Shown here one piece after another: positions 8,684 to 18,658 of a stretch of DNA of 41,824 nt. How positions within the stretch are numbered: position 1 is the stretch's first letter; each line of letters opens with the position of its first letter. The position numbers and the translations under genes were made by a program. The notes beneath the pieces were generated by a model. That model searched no databases and was not told the origin of the DNA. It worked only from the letters and a program-made list of their open reading frames with translations. The stretch is from Candidatus Gastranaerophilales bacterium (GTDB lineage: Bacteria; Cyanobacteriota; Vampirovibrionia; Gastranaerophilales; UBA9971), in NCBI GenBank assembly GCA_028281965.1, contig JANQIY010000400.1, positions 1 through 41,824 of the forward strand, given 5' to 3'.

Positions 8684-10222
8684 ATGATAACAGGTGATAT
8701 AAAATCCAAGGTTGATAGGCTGTGGGATACATTTTGGAGTGGTGGAATAGCTAGTTCTCTTACTGTGATTGAGCAGATGTCTTATCTGTTATTTATAAAA
8801 AGACTTGATGAATTACATACAGCACGGGAAAATAAGGCGAACAAGTTTAATAAACCTATTGAAAACCATATATTTACACCTGAACAGAATCATCTTCGCT
8901 GGTCAGTGTTTAAAGACTATGATGCTGAAAAAATGCACAGCACTGTAATGAATGAGGTTTTTCCTTTTATAAAAAATCTTGATAATAAAGAAGACAATCC
9001 TGAAAACGATGAAGAAAATTCTGATAACAAAGAACAAAAACCTGTTAATAAGGATGTTTCCTCTTTCACAAGGTATATGAAAGATGCGATATTCATGATT
9101 CAAACACCTGCACTGCTTGTTGATGTTGTGGAACAAATTAGTGATATTCCTATGGCTGACAGGGATACAAAAGGTGATTTATATGAATATATGCTTAACA
9201 AGTTAAGTCAAGAAGGACGTAACGGGCAGTTTAGAACACCTAAGCATATTATAGAAATGATGGTTAAACTAACCAAACCGCAGCCTAAAGACGTGATTTG
9301 CGACCCTGCATGCGGCACGGCAGGTTTTCTGGTTGCGGCGAGTGAATATTTAAGAGAAACCTATCCTGAAATTGAGATTAACGAACAAGCAAAAGAACAT
9401 TTTAATAAAGGGATGTTCCACGGGTATGATTTTGACTACTCTATGCTGCGAATATCTGCTATGAATATGATGCTGCACGGTATAGATCATCCTGATATTA
9501 ATTACAGGGATTCTTTGCACGAAGATTATGCTTTTGCAGAGGAAGAATGCACGCTTGTGCTGGCAAATCCGCCCTTTAAAGGGTCGATAAACAAATCCTC
9601 TATAGCGAAAAACCTGTCCGGTGAAGTTAAGACGTCTAAAACAGAGCTTTTATTCCCGATTTTGATGCTAAGGCTCTTAAAAGCAGGCGGAAGATGCGCG
9701 GTGATTATTCCTGACGGTGTACTTTTTGGAGCTTCTAATGCTCATAAGAAAGTACGGGAAACTCTTGTAGAAAACCATAAACTCGAAGCTGTTATCTCTA
9801 TGCCTTCAGGTGTGTTTAAGCCTTATGCGGGAGTATCAACAGGAATTTTGATATTTACAAAAACGAACTCGGGCGGTACTGATAAGGTCTGGTTCTATGA
9901 CATGCAGGCAGACGGTTTCAGCCTTGATGATAAGAGAATAGAGCTGGATACGGACAAGCACGAATGCAATAACATACCTGATATACTTGAGCGTTGGGAC
10001 AATTTGGAGGCTGAAGAATCAAGGCAGAGGACAGACCAGTCTTTCTTTGTGCCGAAAGATGAAATTGAAGAAAATGGCTATGACCTGAGTATAAACAGGT
10101 ATAAGGAAATAGTTTACGAAGAAGTCGAGTACGACCCGCCAAAACAGATTCTTGAAGAAGTGGGCGAATTTGAGAAAGAAATTCAGCAGGGCATTAAAGA
10201 CCTCGAGGCAATGCTGGCATGA
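8684..10222 (+). CDS. hsdM: Type I RM methyltransferase subunit
   Basis: GQFRTP, DPACGTAGFL, LANPPF, IPDGVLF; GAGG RBS; TATAAT at 8641. Confidence 0.95.
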   Translation: MITGDIKSKVDRLWDTFWSGGIASSLTVIEQMSYLLFIKRLDELHTARENKANKFNKPIENHIFTPEQNHLRWSVFKDYDAEKMHSTVMNEVFPFIKNLDNKEDNPENDEENSDNKEQKPVNKDVSSFTRYMKDAIFMIQTPALLVDVVEQISDIPMADRDTKGDLYEYMLNKLSQEGRNGQFRTPKHIIEMMVKLTKPQPKDVICDPACGTAGFLVAASEYLRETYPEIEINEQAKEHFNKGMFHGYDFDYSMLRISAMNMMLHGIDHPDINYRDSLHEDYAFAEEECTLVLANPPFKGSINKSSIAKNLSGEVKTSKTELLFPILMLRLLKAGGRCAVIIPDGVLFGASNAHKKVRETLVENHKLEAVISMPSGVFKPYAGVSTGILIFTKTNSGGTDKVWFYDMQADGFSLDDKRIELDTDKHECNNIPDILERWDNLEAEESRQRTDQSFFVPKDEIEENGYDLSINRYKEIVYEEVEYDPPKQILEEVGEFEKEIQQGIKDLEAMLA

Positions 10223-11460
10223 AATGGAATATAGTTAGACTAGGTGATATCTGTGATGTCAGGGATGGGACGCATGATACTCCTAAATACGTTGATAAAG
10301 GTGTACCGTTTATTACCTCAAAGAATCTATCAACTGAAGGTCTTAATTTTACTGAAGTTAACTGTATTAGCTATGAAGATCATATATTTTTCAGTAAAAG
10401 ATCAAAGGTAGAAAACGGGGACATTCTATTTGGAATGATTGGAACTGTTGGCAATCCTGTAATAGTAAATACCGATTTTGAATTTTCAATTAAAAATGTA
10501 GCTCTTTTAAAATTAGCTAATAATGAAAATTTAAATAACAGGTATCTTTTACATTTAGTTAAATCAGATCTGATTAATAGACAATTTAAAAAATTAAAAA
10601 GAGGTGGAGTTCAATCTTTTGTAGCGTTAGGCTCCATAAGAAATTTACAAATCTCACTCCCTCCGCTTGAAACCCAGAAACAAATTGCTGCTGTGCTGGA
10701 TAAAGCAGACGAACTCCGCCAAAAACGCAAACAAGCCAACGCCAAGTTGGATGAGTTTTTGCAGTCGGTTTTTCTCGATATGTTCGGCGATCCTATAATG
10801 AATGAAAAACAATGGGAAGTAAAAAAATTAAAAGAATTATCAAAAGGGATAATGAGTGGAAACACTCCAAAGGGTGGAAGTCAAGTTTATGTTTCTTGCG
10901 GAATTGAATTTTACAGAAGTCAAAATGTATGGAACAACAGGATTGAAAAAAAAGATATAGCATATATTGATGAAGAAACTCACAAAAAAATGAAAAGAAG
11001 TAGTTTGAAACATAACGATATATTGATTACTAAAACAGGCAGAATAAATACTGAAAACAGTAGTTTAGGCAGATCTGCTTTATATGAGGGTGAAGATGAT
11101 AAAGCAAATATTAATGGACACGTTTATTTTGTTAGACTAAAAGAAGGTATAAATCATAAATTTGTCCTTACTATATTAACTTCAAAAGAATACAGAGAAT
11201 ATATCAGACGTGTTTGCGTTGGAGGAATTGATAAAAGACAATTAAATAAAGAACATATAGAAGATTTCCCTATAATATGTCCACCAATAGAGCTTCAAAA
11301 CAAATTCGCTCAAATAATCCAAAAAGTCGAACAACAAAAAGTTAAAAACGAAACCTCAGCCCAAAAACTTGATGACCTCTTCAACGCCCTGCTTCAACGC
11401 GCCTTTAAAGGCGAGCTAGAATTCAACGAAAAGGCTTTTGAAAAAGCTTGCGCTGTATAG
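10219..11460 (+). CDS. hsdS: Type I RM specificity subunit
   Basis: Two TRDs separated by PPLETQKQIA and PPIELQNKFA helices; ATGA overlap with hsdM. Confidence 0.95.
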   Translation: MKWNIVRLGDICDVRDGTHDTPKYVDKGVPFITSKNLSTEGLNFTEVNCISYEDHIFFSKRSKVENGDILFGMIGTVGNPVIVNTDFEFSIKNVALLKLANNENLNNRYLLHLVKSDLINRQFKKLKRGGVQSFVALGSIRNLQISLPPLETQKQIAAVLDKADELRQKRKQANAKLDEFLQSVFLDMFGDPIMNEKQWEVKKLKELSKGIMSGNTPKGGSQVYVSCGIEFYRSQNVWNNRIEKKDIAYIDEETHKKMKRSSLKHNDILITKTGRINTENSSLGRSALYEGEDDKANINGHVYFVRLKEGINHKFVLTILTSKEYREYIRRVCVGGIDKRQLNKEHIEDFPIICPPIELQNKFAQIIQKVEQQKVKNETSAQKLDDLFNALLQRAFKGELEFNEKAFEKACAV

Positions 11461-11517
11461 AATCAAGTATTTCATGATAAAATAAAGCTTATTTTTGTAG
11501 GATATACGCAAATTAAG

Positions 11518-14500
11518 ATGTCAAACTTTGAGTTCCTAAAAGAAGAATTTGATTTTCTATACGATCTGGCAAACAAAGCTGAAAAGACGGTTTATGTTGC
11601 GCCGGAAGCTTCCTGCGTACTTTCCAGAAAAACTATGGAAAATGCCGTTAAATGGCTCTACAAAAACGATTCTTATTTAAAACTGCCTTATGATACAAAA
11701 CTGGTTTCTTTAATTCACGAACAGACTTTCAGGGATAACCTTGATCCAAAGCTATTCAATAAACTTAAAATCATCCAAAAAGTCGGCAATATCGCTGCTC
11801 ATAGCCTTAAAAAAGTTACTGAAATGGATTCGCTCAACGTCTTAAAAGAGCTGTTCCACTTTCTATATTGGGTTTATAGGTATTATTCTACTCAAACACC
11901 TGAAAGAGGATTAAGTTTCAACCTTGAGCTTGTTGTAAGTCCTGAAAAACAGACTGATGAGCTTAAAAAAGCCGCTAAAATCCTTGAAGAAAAAGAACAG
12001 GAACTACTTGAAAAAGAAAAACTCTTAAAGGAAGCAGAAGAACGTCTCATACAAATTCAGGCAGCTAAAGAGCAGAATAAACAGGTTCCTGATAACTATG
12101 ATTACAATGAAACTCAGACAAGAGAATACTTTATTGATGTCCTGCTAAAAGAAGCTGGTTGGAATATAAACGAACCCGGCGTTTGCGAATACGAAGTTGA
12201 AGGAATGCCTAACGATTCAGGTATAGGCTTTGTGGATTACGTTCTTTGGGGTGATAACGGTCTTCCTCTTGCAGTAGTTGAGGCTAAAAGAACAAGAAAA
12301 GACGCTAAAGTAGGCAAGCAACAGGCGAAGCTTTATGCAGATTGCCTCCAAAAGAAGTTTAATCAACGCCCAATAATATTCTATACAAACGGCTACGAGC
12401 ATTTTATCTGGGATGACCTGAATTATCCACCAAGACAAGTTCAAGGGTTCTATAAAAAAGATGAATTACAGCTTTTAATAAATAGGCGTAAATCAAAACT
12501 GGACTTAAAAACAGTTCCTATAAAACACGAAATATCAGGCAGACCTTACCAATTAGAAGCAATTAAGCGTGTTTGCGAAGATTTTGAAGATAAAAAAAGA
12601 AAAGCACTTCTTGTCATGGCAACAGGTACAGGCAAAACAAGAACTGTAATCTCGTTAGTAGATGTTCTGCAAAGAGCAAATTTGGTCAAAAGAGTTTTGT
12701 TTTTAGCAGACAGAAATGCGCTCTTACATCAGGCAAAAAATGCCTTCAGTCAGCATTTGCCGCATTCAAACCCTATAGACATCACAGAAGACAAGGAAGG
12801 AATGACCAGCAGGGTTGTGTTATCAACTTATAACACGATGATGAACATGATTGATTCTGTAAAATCCGAAAACAGAATCTTTGGAGCCGGACATTTTGAC
12901 CTGATTGTTGTCGATGAGGCACACAGGTCAGTTTATAAGAAATACAAAGCCATCTTTGACTATTTTGACAGCTTAATGATAGGTCTAACCGCCACGCCTC
13001 GAGATGAAGTTGATAAAAATACCTATGAATTATTTGAATTAGAGGATGGAGTTCCTACTTATTACTACGAGCTTGATCAAGCTGTCACTCAAGGATATTT
13101 GGTTCCGTTAAAATCTTACAGCGTACCGTTAAAGTTTCAGCGTGAAGGTATAAAATATGATGAGCTTTCAGAAGAAGAAAAAGAAGAATACGAAGTTCTT
13201 TTTTATGATGAAGAAACAGGACAGGTTCCTGAAGAAATAGATTCATCTGCTGTTAATAAGTGGCTATTCAATGAAGATACCGTTGATAAGGTGCTTGAGC
13301 ACGTAATGCGAAACGGCATTAAAGTTGAAGGCGGAGATAAGCTAGGCAAAACTATAATATTTGCAAAAAATCACGATCACGCCGAGTTTATACAAGAAAG
13401 ATTTGATAAAAATTATCCAAAACTAAAAGGTTCTTTTGCCCGAGTAATAGATAATTATGCTACTTATGCACAGTCATTAATTGATGACTTCTCCATAAAA
13501 ACAAAAGAACCAACTATCGCTATATCAGTTGATATGCTTGATACAGGAATAGACGTGCCAGAAGTAGTTAATCTGGTTTTCTTTAAAATAGTCAGGTCTA
13601 AAACCAAATTTCACCAGATGATAGGTAGAGGAACACGTTTATGTCCTGATTTGTTTGCTCCCGGACAGAATAAAGAATGTTTTTATATCTTTGATTTTTG
13701 TATGAATTTTGAATTCTTCAATCTAAACCCTAAAGGAGTAGAAAGCAAGCTTCAAATGCCATTAAGCCAAAAGATATTTATTAAAAGGCTTGAGCTGGCA
13801 CAAAACATAAAAAATAAGGAAGAACAGCTAAAACTCTTGTCAGGTAAGTTAAAAGATGTCCTTCATAATGAAGTTAAAAATATGAATCTGGATAATTTCA
13901 TTGTAAGACAACACAGAAGAGAAGTAGAGAAGTATTCTAATAGAGCTATTTGGGAAAATTTAAACCCTGAAGAGATTTTAGAACTTTATAAAAAGCTTTC
14001 AGGTTTACCTTCAGAAACACCTAGAGAAGACGAGCTTGCTAAACGTTTTGATCTTATGATTTTAAACATGCAGCTTGGAACTCTTGATAATTACAAATAT
14101 TTTGATTATTACCAGAAAAAGATGAAAGAAATAGCTGGACAACTCGAAGATAAGAAAAGTATTCCTGCGGTAAAAGCTCAATTAGAGCTTATTCTTGATA
14201 TGCAGGAGGGTGAATTCTGGGAGTTCATAACTATCCCTATGCTTGAAGAAATCAGGATTAAAATAAGAGATTTAATTCAGTTTTTAGATAAGTCTGATAA
14301 GAAAGTTGTTTATAGTGATTTTGAAGATGAAATAGGCGAACCATCAGAAATAGTAGCAGGAAGATATGAATCAGCAGATGATTTAGCTCAATACAGAAAG
14401 AAAGTAGAGCATTATCTTAAAGAATACAAGGATCAGGTAGCTATTCATAAACTAAGATTCAATAAACCTATTACACCTACTGATATAAGAGAATTGGAGA

Positions 14501-14862
14501 GAATTCTTTTTGAATCAGGAGAGTTAGGAAGCAGAGAAATTTTTGAGAAAGCCTATGGAGAACAAGATAGCCTAGGTTTATTTATTCGAAAAATGGTTGG
14601 ATTGGACAGAAAAACAGTTGAAATATTATTCTCTGATTATTTAAAAGATTCTTTATTTACAGCTAATCAAATATCCTTCATTACAACAATAATTGACCAT
14701 TTAACCCAAAAAGGAATAATGCAGCCTGATTCTTTATATGATCCACCATTTACGAACTTCCACTTTGGAGGCATAAAAGGAGTCTTTAATGACAATAGGG
14801 TTGATGACATCATTAACATAATAAAAAACATTAATGATAATGCAAAAGAACAAACTCTTTAA
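11518..14862 (+). CDS. hsdR: Type I RM restriction subunit (EcoAI/EcoEI-like, DUF4145-like N-terminus)
   Basis: VDYVL...VVEAKR nuclease motif, ATGTGKT, DEAH, LTATP, MLDTGIDVP, QMIGRGTR. Confidence 0.95.
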   Translation: MSNFEFLKEEFDFLYDLANKAEKTVYVAPEASCVLSRKTMENAVKWLYKNDSYLKLPYDTKLVSLIHEQTFRDNLDPKLFNKLKIIQKVGNIAAHSLKKVTEMDSLNVLKELFHFLYWVYRYYSTQTPERGLSFNLELVVSPEKQTDELKKAAKILEEKEQELLEKEKLLKEAEERLIQIQAAKEQNKQVPDNYDYNETQTREYFIDVLLKEAGWNINEPGVCEYEVEGMPNDSGIGFVDYVLWGDNGLPLAVVEAKRTRKDAKVGKQQAKLYADCLQKKFNQRPIIFYTNGYEHFIWDDLNYPPRQVQGFYKKDELQLLINRRKSKLDLKTVPIKHEISGRPYQLEAIKRVCEDFEDKKRKALLVMATGTGKTRTVISLVDVLQRANLVKRVLFLADRNALLHQAKNAFSQHLPHSNPIDITEDKEGMTSRVVLSTYNTMMNMIDSVKSENRIFGAGHFDLIVVDEAHRSVYKKYKAIFDYFDSLMIGLTATPRDEVDKNTYELFELEDGVPTYYYELDQAVTQGYLVPLKSYSVPLKFQREGIKYDELSEEEKEEYEVLFYDEETGQVPEEIDSSAVNKWLFNEDTVDKVLEHVMRNGIKVEGGDKLGKTIIFAKNHDHAEFIQERFDKNYPKLKGSFARVIDNYATYAQSLIDDFSIKTKEPTIAISVDMLDTGIDVPEVVNLVFFKIVRSKTKFHQMIGRGTRLCPDLFAPGQNKECFYIFDFCMNFEFFNLNPKGVESKLQMPLSQKIFIKRLELAQNIKNKEEQLKLLSGKLKDVLHNEVKNMNLDNFIVRQHRREVEKYSNRAIWENLNPEEILELYKKLSGLPSETPREDELAKRFDLMILNMQLGTLDNYKYFDYYQKKMKEIAGQLEDKKSIPAVKAQLELILDMQEGEFWEFITIPMLEEIRIKIRDLIQFLDKSDKKVVYSDFEDEIGEPSEIVAGRYESADDLAQYRKKVEHYLKEYKDQVAIHKLRFNKPITPTDIRELERILFESGELGSREIFEKAYGEQDSLGLFIRKMVGLDRKTVEILFSDYLKDSLFTANQISFITTIIDHLTQKGIMQPDSLYDPPFTNFHFGGIKGVFNDNRVDDIINIIKNINDNAKEQTL

Positions 14863-15460
14863 TTATTCTCATTCTTTTTTAGCCAGTTGTTCAGGTTTGC
14901 TGGTGTTGTGTTGTACCTGTTTACTATGAACTTTTGTGTCGAACCATTCGCAAGCAGTGCTTCAATTTCAGGTTTAAATTGGTCAAGCTTAGATTTGCCC
15001 TTGCCTTTTGGTCTGCCAAGCTTTACACCTTGTTCTTTTCTCGCTTTTAATGATTCTTTTGTTCTTGATGAAATCAGATCTCTTTCAATTTCAGCTGCCA
15101 TAGAAAAAGCCATCGCAATAATTTTACTCTGTATGGTATTGTCTAAATTCCAGTTACCCTTAACAGAATAAATATTAATATTCTTTTGTGTGGCTATAGA
15201 AAGGATCTCCATGCACTCAAGCATTGACCTGCCAAGTCGTGAAAGTTCACTAACGATAATATTGTCATTTTCTTCAGATTCTTCAAGAACTTCAGCTATT
15301 TTTCGTTTTTTCCATGAAATTTTGCCTGATATTTTTTCTTCAACAAAAAAGACCTTTCCAAGGTCTTTATCATTCGCTAGTTTTAATATTTCTGCCTTAT
15401 TCTTTTCTATAAATCCTGTTCGACTGTTGAAACTCTTAAATATGCAGTTGTTCTTGCCAT
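14859..15460 (-). pseudogene. Serine resolvase/invertase frameshifted by a 2-bp insertion
   Basis: ATG 15460 after GAGG gives MARTTAYLRVSTVEQDL*. Removing TA at 15408-15409 joins it to EKNKAEIL...SELSRLGRS...AEIERDLISSRT...LGRPKG. Confidence 0.85.
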
Positions 15461-15518
15461 AAAAACACCTCAATTAAATAAAAACCAATGAATTATACTT
15501 TTAAAATAACTATTATTA

Positions 15519-16523
15519 TTGAATAATAAACCGTTTTCATTTAATCGTACATATATTAAAAACCAAGATATAACTTTTAATGAAGCAGCAGAAAGATATA
15601 TAAAATATCATGCTGAATTGCACTGCAAGAAAAGTACTTATAACAACTATAAAGGCTACTTGAAGAACCATTTAAAGGACTCTCTGGGCAGGAAAAAGTT
15701 AAACAGTATAAAACCTTTAGACATCAGTAGATTAATGCACGAAAAAGTTAATCAAGGCTTATCAAATCAGACGGTAAACCATATAATAAAGTTTATCGGC
15801 GCTGTTTTCCAAAAAATGATTGATGATGAAATTCTTTTCAGAAACCCTGCTACTAAGGTCAAGAAGTTAAAGCAAAACCGGAAAAAGTTTAAAATACTCG
15901 AAACTGAACAGGTTAAGCTTGCATTAGATACAGCCGAAGAATATTTTCCTGATTTTTACCCCCTTTTATTTACCGCAATTTTTACAGGCATGAGACAGGG
16001 AGAGCTGTTTGCCTTAACTTGGAATAAAATAGACTGGTTTAACAAAAGGATATTAATCGATTCAAACTATACGCTGGGCCACCTGACAACCCCAAAAAGC
16101 AACAGAAACCGCCATGTTGATATGTCCAATGAGCTTGCCAAAGTACTCAAGGAGTGGAAATTAAAATGTCCATGCAGCGATAAGGAGCTTGTTTTCCCCA
16201 ATAAAGAGGGAAAATACCTCGATCCAAACAATATGAATAAACGCCAGTTCCAGCCCCTACTGAGGAAGGCCAAAATTAAAACCATCAGGTTCCACGATTT
16301 GAGGCACACTTACGCTTCTCTGCTGATAGCAAGCAATATTCCGATAAAATACATTCAATCCCAGATGGGACATGCTTCTATCCAAATGACAATGGATACT
16401 TACGGTCATATCCTGCCGGAGGTTAACCAGCAAGGAGTTAATGCGCTGGATAATTTGCTCCATTTAAACAAAAAGGCAGAAAACACTGAATTAGGTTATA
16501 ATCAAAAGCATGCTTGCAATTGA
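15519..16523 (+). CDS. Tyrosine integrase, probably lacking its N-terminal arm-binding domain
   Basis: TGMRQGE, TPKS, FHDLRHTYAS, QMGH, YGH catalytic set present; TTG start with no RBS, and homology appears to begin at TYIKNQDITF. Confidence 0.8.
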   Translation: MNNKPFSFNRTYIKNQDITFNEAAERYIKYHAELHCKKSTYNNYKGYLKNHLKDSLGRKKLNSIKPLDISRLMHEKVNQGLSNQTVNHIIKFIGAVFQKMIDDEILFRNPATKVKKLKQNRKKFKILETEQVKLALDTAEEYFPDFYPLLFTAIFTGMRQGELFALTWNKIDWFNKRILIDSNYTLGHLTTPKSNRNRHVDMSNELAKVLKEWKLKCPCSDKELVFPNKEGKYLDPNNMNKRQFQPLLRKAKIKTIRFHDLRHTYASLLIASNIPIKYIQSQMGHASIQMTMDTYGHILPEVNQQGVNALDNLLHLNKKAENTELGYNQKHACN

Positions 16524-17391
16524 TGAACTAAACAAAATTAAAAAGGCCAGTATAGTAGCCTTGGTCTCAGACGAATATTTAATGGACAAATTAGTCCTGA
16601 AAGGCGGGACATGCCTTGAATTTGCATATAAACTACACCATAGAGCTTCTAAAGATATTGATTTCTCCATAGAGGATGAATTTTCACCTGTAGCGTTAAA
16701 GGAATTAAGCGAAAAAATAAGGCTTCAGTTCCTGAAACAGTTCAGCTTGATAAACTATCACGCTTTTGATGTTGAAATAAGAAACAAGCCTGTCAAATTG
16801 CCGGACAATATAAAAATGTCAGGATATGAACTTATGTTCAAACTTATACCGTCAGCACTGTATAACGAAATTGGTGACAATATTGAGGCTCTTAGAAACA
16901 GGGCTGTTCCTCTTGGTGATGGAGATAAGAAAGCCTTTATAATTGAGATTAGTAAATTTGAATATGTGAAAAATAGGGAATTAAAAGAGATAGAAGGACA
17001 TAAACTATACGTTTACTCGCCGTTATTAATCATTTGCGAAAAGCTCAGGGCTCTCTGCCAGAAGATGAAAGAATACAGGGGAAAAGCGGAGGATGTTGAC
17101 TTGCCAAGGGCAAGGGATTTTTATGATATTTATGTCGTGAACGAAAACCTTGTGAACGTTGATTTTAAAGACGTTAATAACAGGGAAGTGTTGAGGCAGG
17201 TGTTCCAGGCAAAAGATGTTAACCTGAACCTCTTAACCCTCCTGAAGGATAAACGTAAAATTCACGAGGATGACTTTAGAAGCGTTTTACAGGCTGATCT
17301 CAGGCAAAAAGGGAGGCCGGAGATATTTGATTACTATTTTGAGTACACATTAAATCTGATAGCCGATTTAGAAGAATTCTGGGTAAAATAG
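16510..17391 (+). CDS. AbiEii/AbiGii-family nucleotidyltransferase toxin
   Basis: LVLKGGTCL...HRASKDIDF, EKLRA and RARDFYD motifs. Confidence 0.85.
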   Translation: MLAIDELNKIKKASIVALVSDEYLMDKLVLKGGTCLEFAYKLHHRASKDIDFSIEDEFSPVALKELSEKIRLQFLKQFSLINYHAFDVEIRNKPVKLPDNIKMSGYELMFKLIPSALYNEIGDNIEALRNRAVPLGDGDKKAFIIEISKFEYVKNRELKEIEGHKLYVYSPLLIICEKLRALCQKMKEYRGKAEDVDLPRARDFYDIYVVNENLVNVDFKDVNNREVLRQVFQAKDVNLNLLTLLKDKRKIHEDDFRSVLQADLRQKGRPEIFDYYFEYTLNLIADLEEFWVK

Positions 17392-18267
17392 TCTCCAGCG
17401 TTCATCAAACTTTCTCTCATCAGCCCTGAGTTCTCTCTGGACAAAGAATTTATACTGGATTCCCATTCCCTCAAAGAGTTTCAGGTCTTTTTCAGGATAT
17501 CCGGCCTTGTCCATAAAAAAACCGATACACTGATGAAATGGATAAATATAATCTAGTTTTTGCAGCATATCCCTCAGCTTTTCAGGGCTGAATTTACCCT
17601 TCGCCTTTTTATAGACATTTAAAACCTCGTAAGTGCCACCGCAATAATGTGGGCTGACTGTTATATCAATTAAAGTCCTCTCAATATTGGTTAGCCTTAA
17701 CTTTTGCCCGTTAATTTCCTTACTGATGATTCCTAAAGCATTACTATACTTGGAACTCAAAAGATTAACTGTATATATTCCATACACTACAAGATTTGAG
17801 CTTATTCTGGGTGGCAGATACATTGCCTTATCAATTTCCTTTTGCTCAAGAACTTTTTTAGGAGTGCTTTTTAAGGGCTTTGACTTTTCGAGGTTAACAA
17901 AAATAGTCTTAGGGATATTATTAGTTAAATTATGCAGGTGCACTGCTGTATAATGGCTTAAAAAAACCTCCGAATTGATACTCAGAGCAAGCTCATAAAT
18001 ATTCGGTTCACTTAGGAAGTATCTGGTATATTTTTTAGCAGAGAAATCCAGTGTCACTTTCTTTTTAAAAACACCCTGTTCTTTTAAGAAAGCCTCAAAG
18101 GTCTTAAATGTAGTATTTTGGTAGATATATTTATTGTTAATACATAAATTGTGTGTTTTTCTTAACTCACTTATTTTATAAAAATTAGAATCTTCACTTT
18201 CAAGGCATCCTAGGATGTTATCAGTGTTTTTAGACATTTTTTCTTTGAGTGCATTTTTGGTAGCCAT
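17368..18267 (-). CDS. AbiEi-like antitoxin / transcriptional regulator
   Basis: FLSHYTAVHLHNLT and LRLTNIERTLIDI are typical of AbiEi C-terminal domains. Start moved to ATG 18267 after GAGG. Confidence 0.75.
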   Translation of the reverse strand: MATKNALKEKMSKNTDNILGCLESEDSNFYKISELRKTHNLCINNKYIYQNTTFKTFEAFLKEQGVFKKKVTLDFSAKKYTRYFLSEPNIYELALSINSEVFLSHYTAVHLHNLTNNIPKTIFVNLEKSKPLKSTPKKVLEQKEIDKAMYLPPRISSNLVVYGIYTVNLLSSKYSNALGIISKEINGQKLRLTNIERTLIDITVSPHYCGGTYEVLNVYKKAKGKFSPEKLRDMLQKLDYIYPFHQCIGFFMDKAGYPEKDLKLFEGMGIQYKFFVQRELRADERKFDERWRLFYPEFF

Positions 18268-18275
18268 CTTTGCCT

Positions 18276-18377
18276 CAATTGGTATCATGCATGATACCAA
18301 TTGTATCATATAAATTTCTAAAATTCAATACTGAACATTTTGTTACTAAAACGAGTAACGTGTACGTTACTCGTTTT
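18276..18377. promoter_or_regulatory. Two inverted repeats upstream of the antitoxin (putative operators)
   Basis: Perfect 28-bp palindrome CAATTGGTATCATGCATGATACCAATTG (18276-18303) and AAAACGAGTAACGT-GT-ACGTTACTCGTTTT (18348-18377). Confidence 0.7.
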
Positions 18378-18495
18378 GCATTATAACATATTTTTAATAA
18401 CATATTTTTACAGCCATTTTAAAGCTCTGTATTTGTTGAGTATTTTAAGGGCTTTAAAATTTCATGGCACAAAATTGAGGGGTAGTTTTGAAAAG

Positions 18496-18542
18496 TGGTG
18501 CGCCTGGCGGGATTCGAACCCACGACCTACGGCTTCGGAGAC
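18496..18542 (-). repeat. att site: tRNA-Arg 3' copy with CCA at the junction of elements A and B
   Basis: 18499-18542 is identical to 37050-37093 (44 bp); it also shares the flank TTTTGAAAAG with the 3735 copy. Confidence 0.95.
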
Positions 18543-18658
18543 ATACGGACGCCAAAATTTATACGAAATCTTATGCAAGAACATGCAGTATTTCCTTGCT
18601 TTTTAGCTTTCATTAAATTATTATTTTATATAATTTCGTACTAATTCCTATGATTTTG

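Larger units (their letters stand above)
3735..18495. mobile_element. Integrative element A (defence island, ~14.8 kb), probably non-autonomous
   Basis: Bounded by tRNA 3' direct repeats 14,761 bp apart; carries integrase and resolvase remnants, RM and AbiE genes. Confidence 0.85.

Noticed and set aside
10219-15460. Invertible hsdS shufflon driven by the serine recombinase and the extra TRD
   Set aside because: I found no inverted repeats shared between hsdS and the M-S fusion by eye. A self dot-plot of 6689-11460 would settle it.
15461-15473. ORF-track start of the resolvase (MRCFYGK...)
   Set aside because: The wrong frame for the N-terminus; the catalytic YLRVS lies in the frame starting at ATG 15460.
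3735-18542. tRNA-like sequences at 3735 and 18496 as functional tRNAs
   Set aside because: They lack the 5' acceptor strand, D arm and 5' anticodon stem, so they are att remnants.
18340-18606. 88-aa ORF spanning the A/B junction
   Set aside because: It reads through palindromes and the antisense tRNA fragment (WCAWRDSNPRP is a typical tRNA-antisense artefact).
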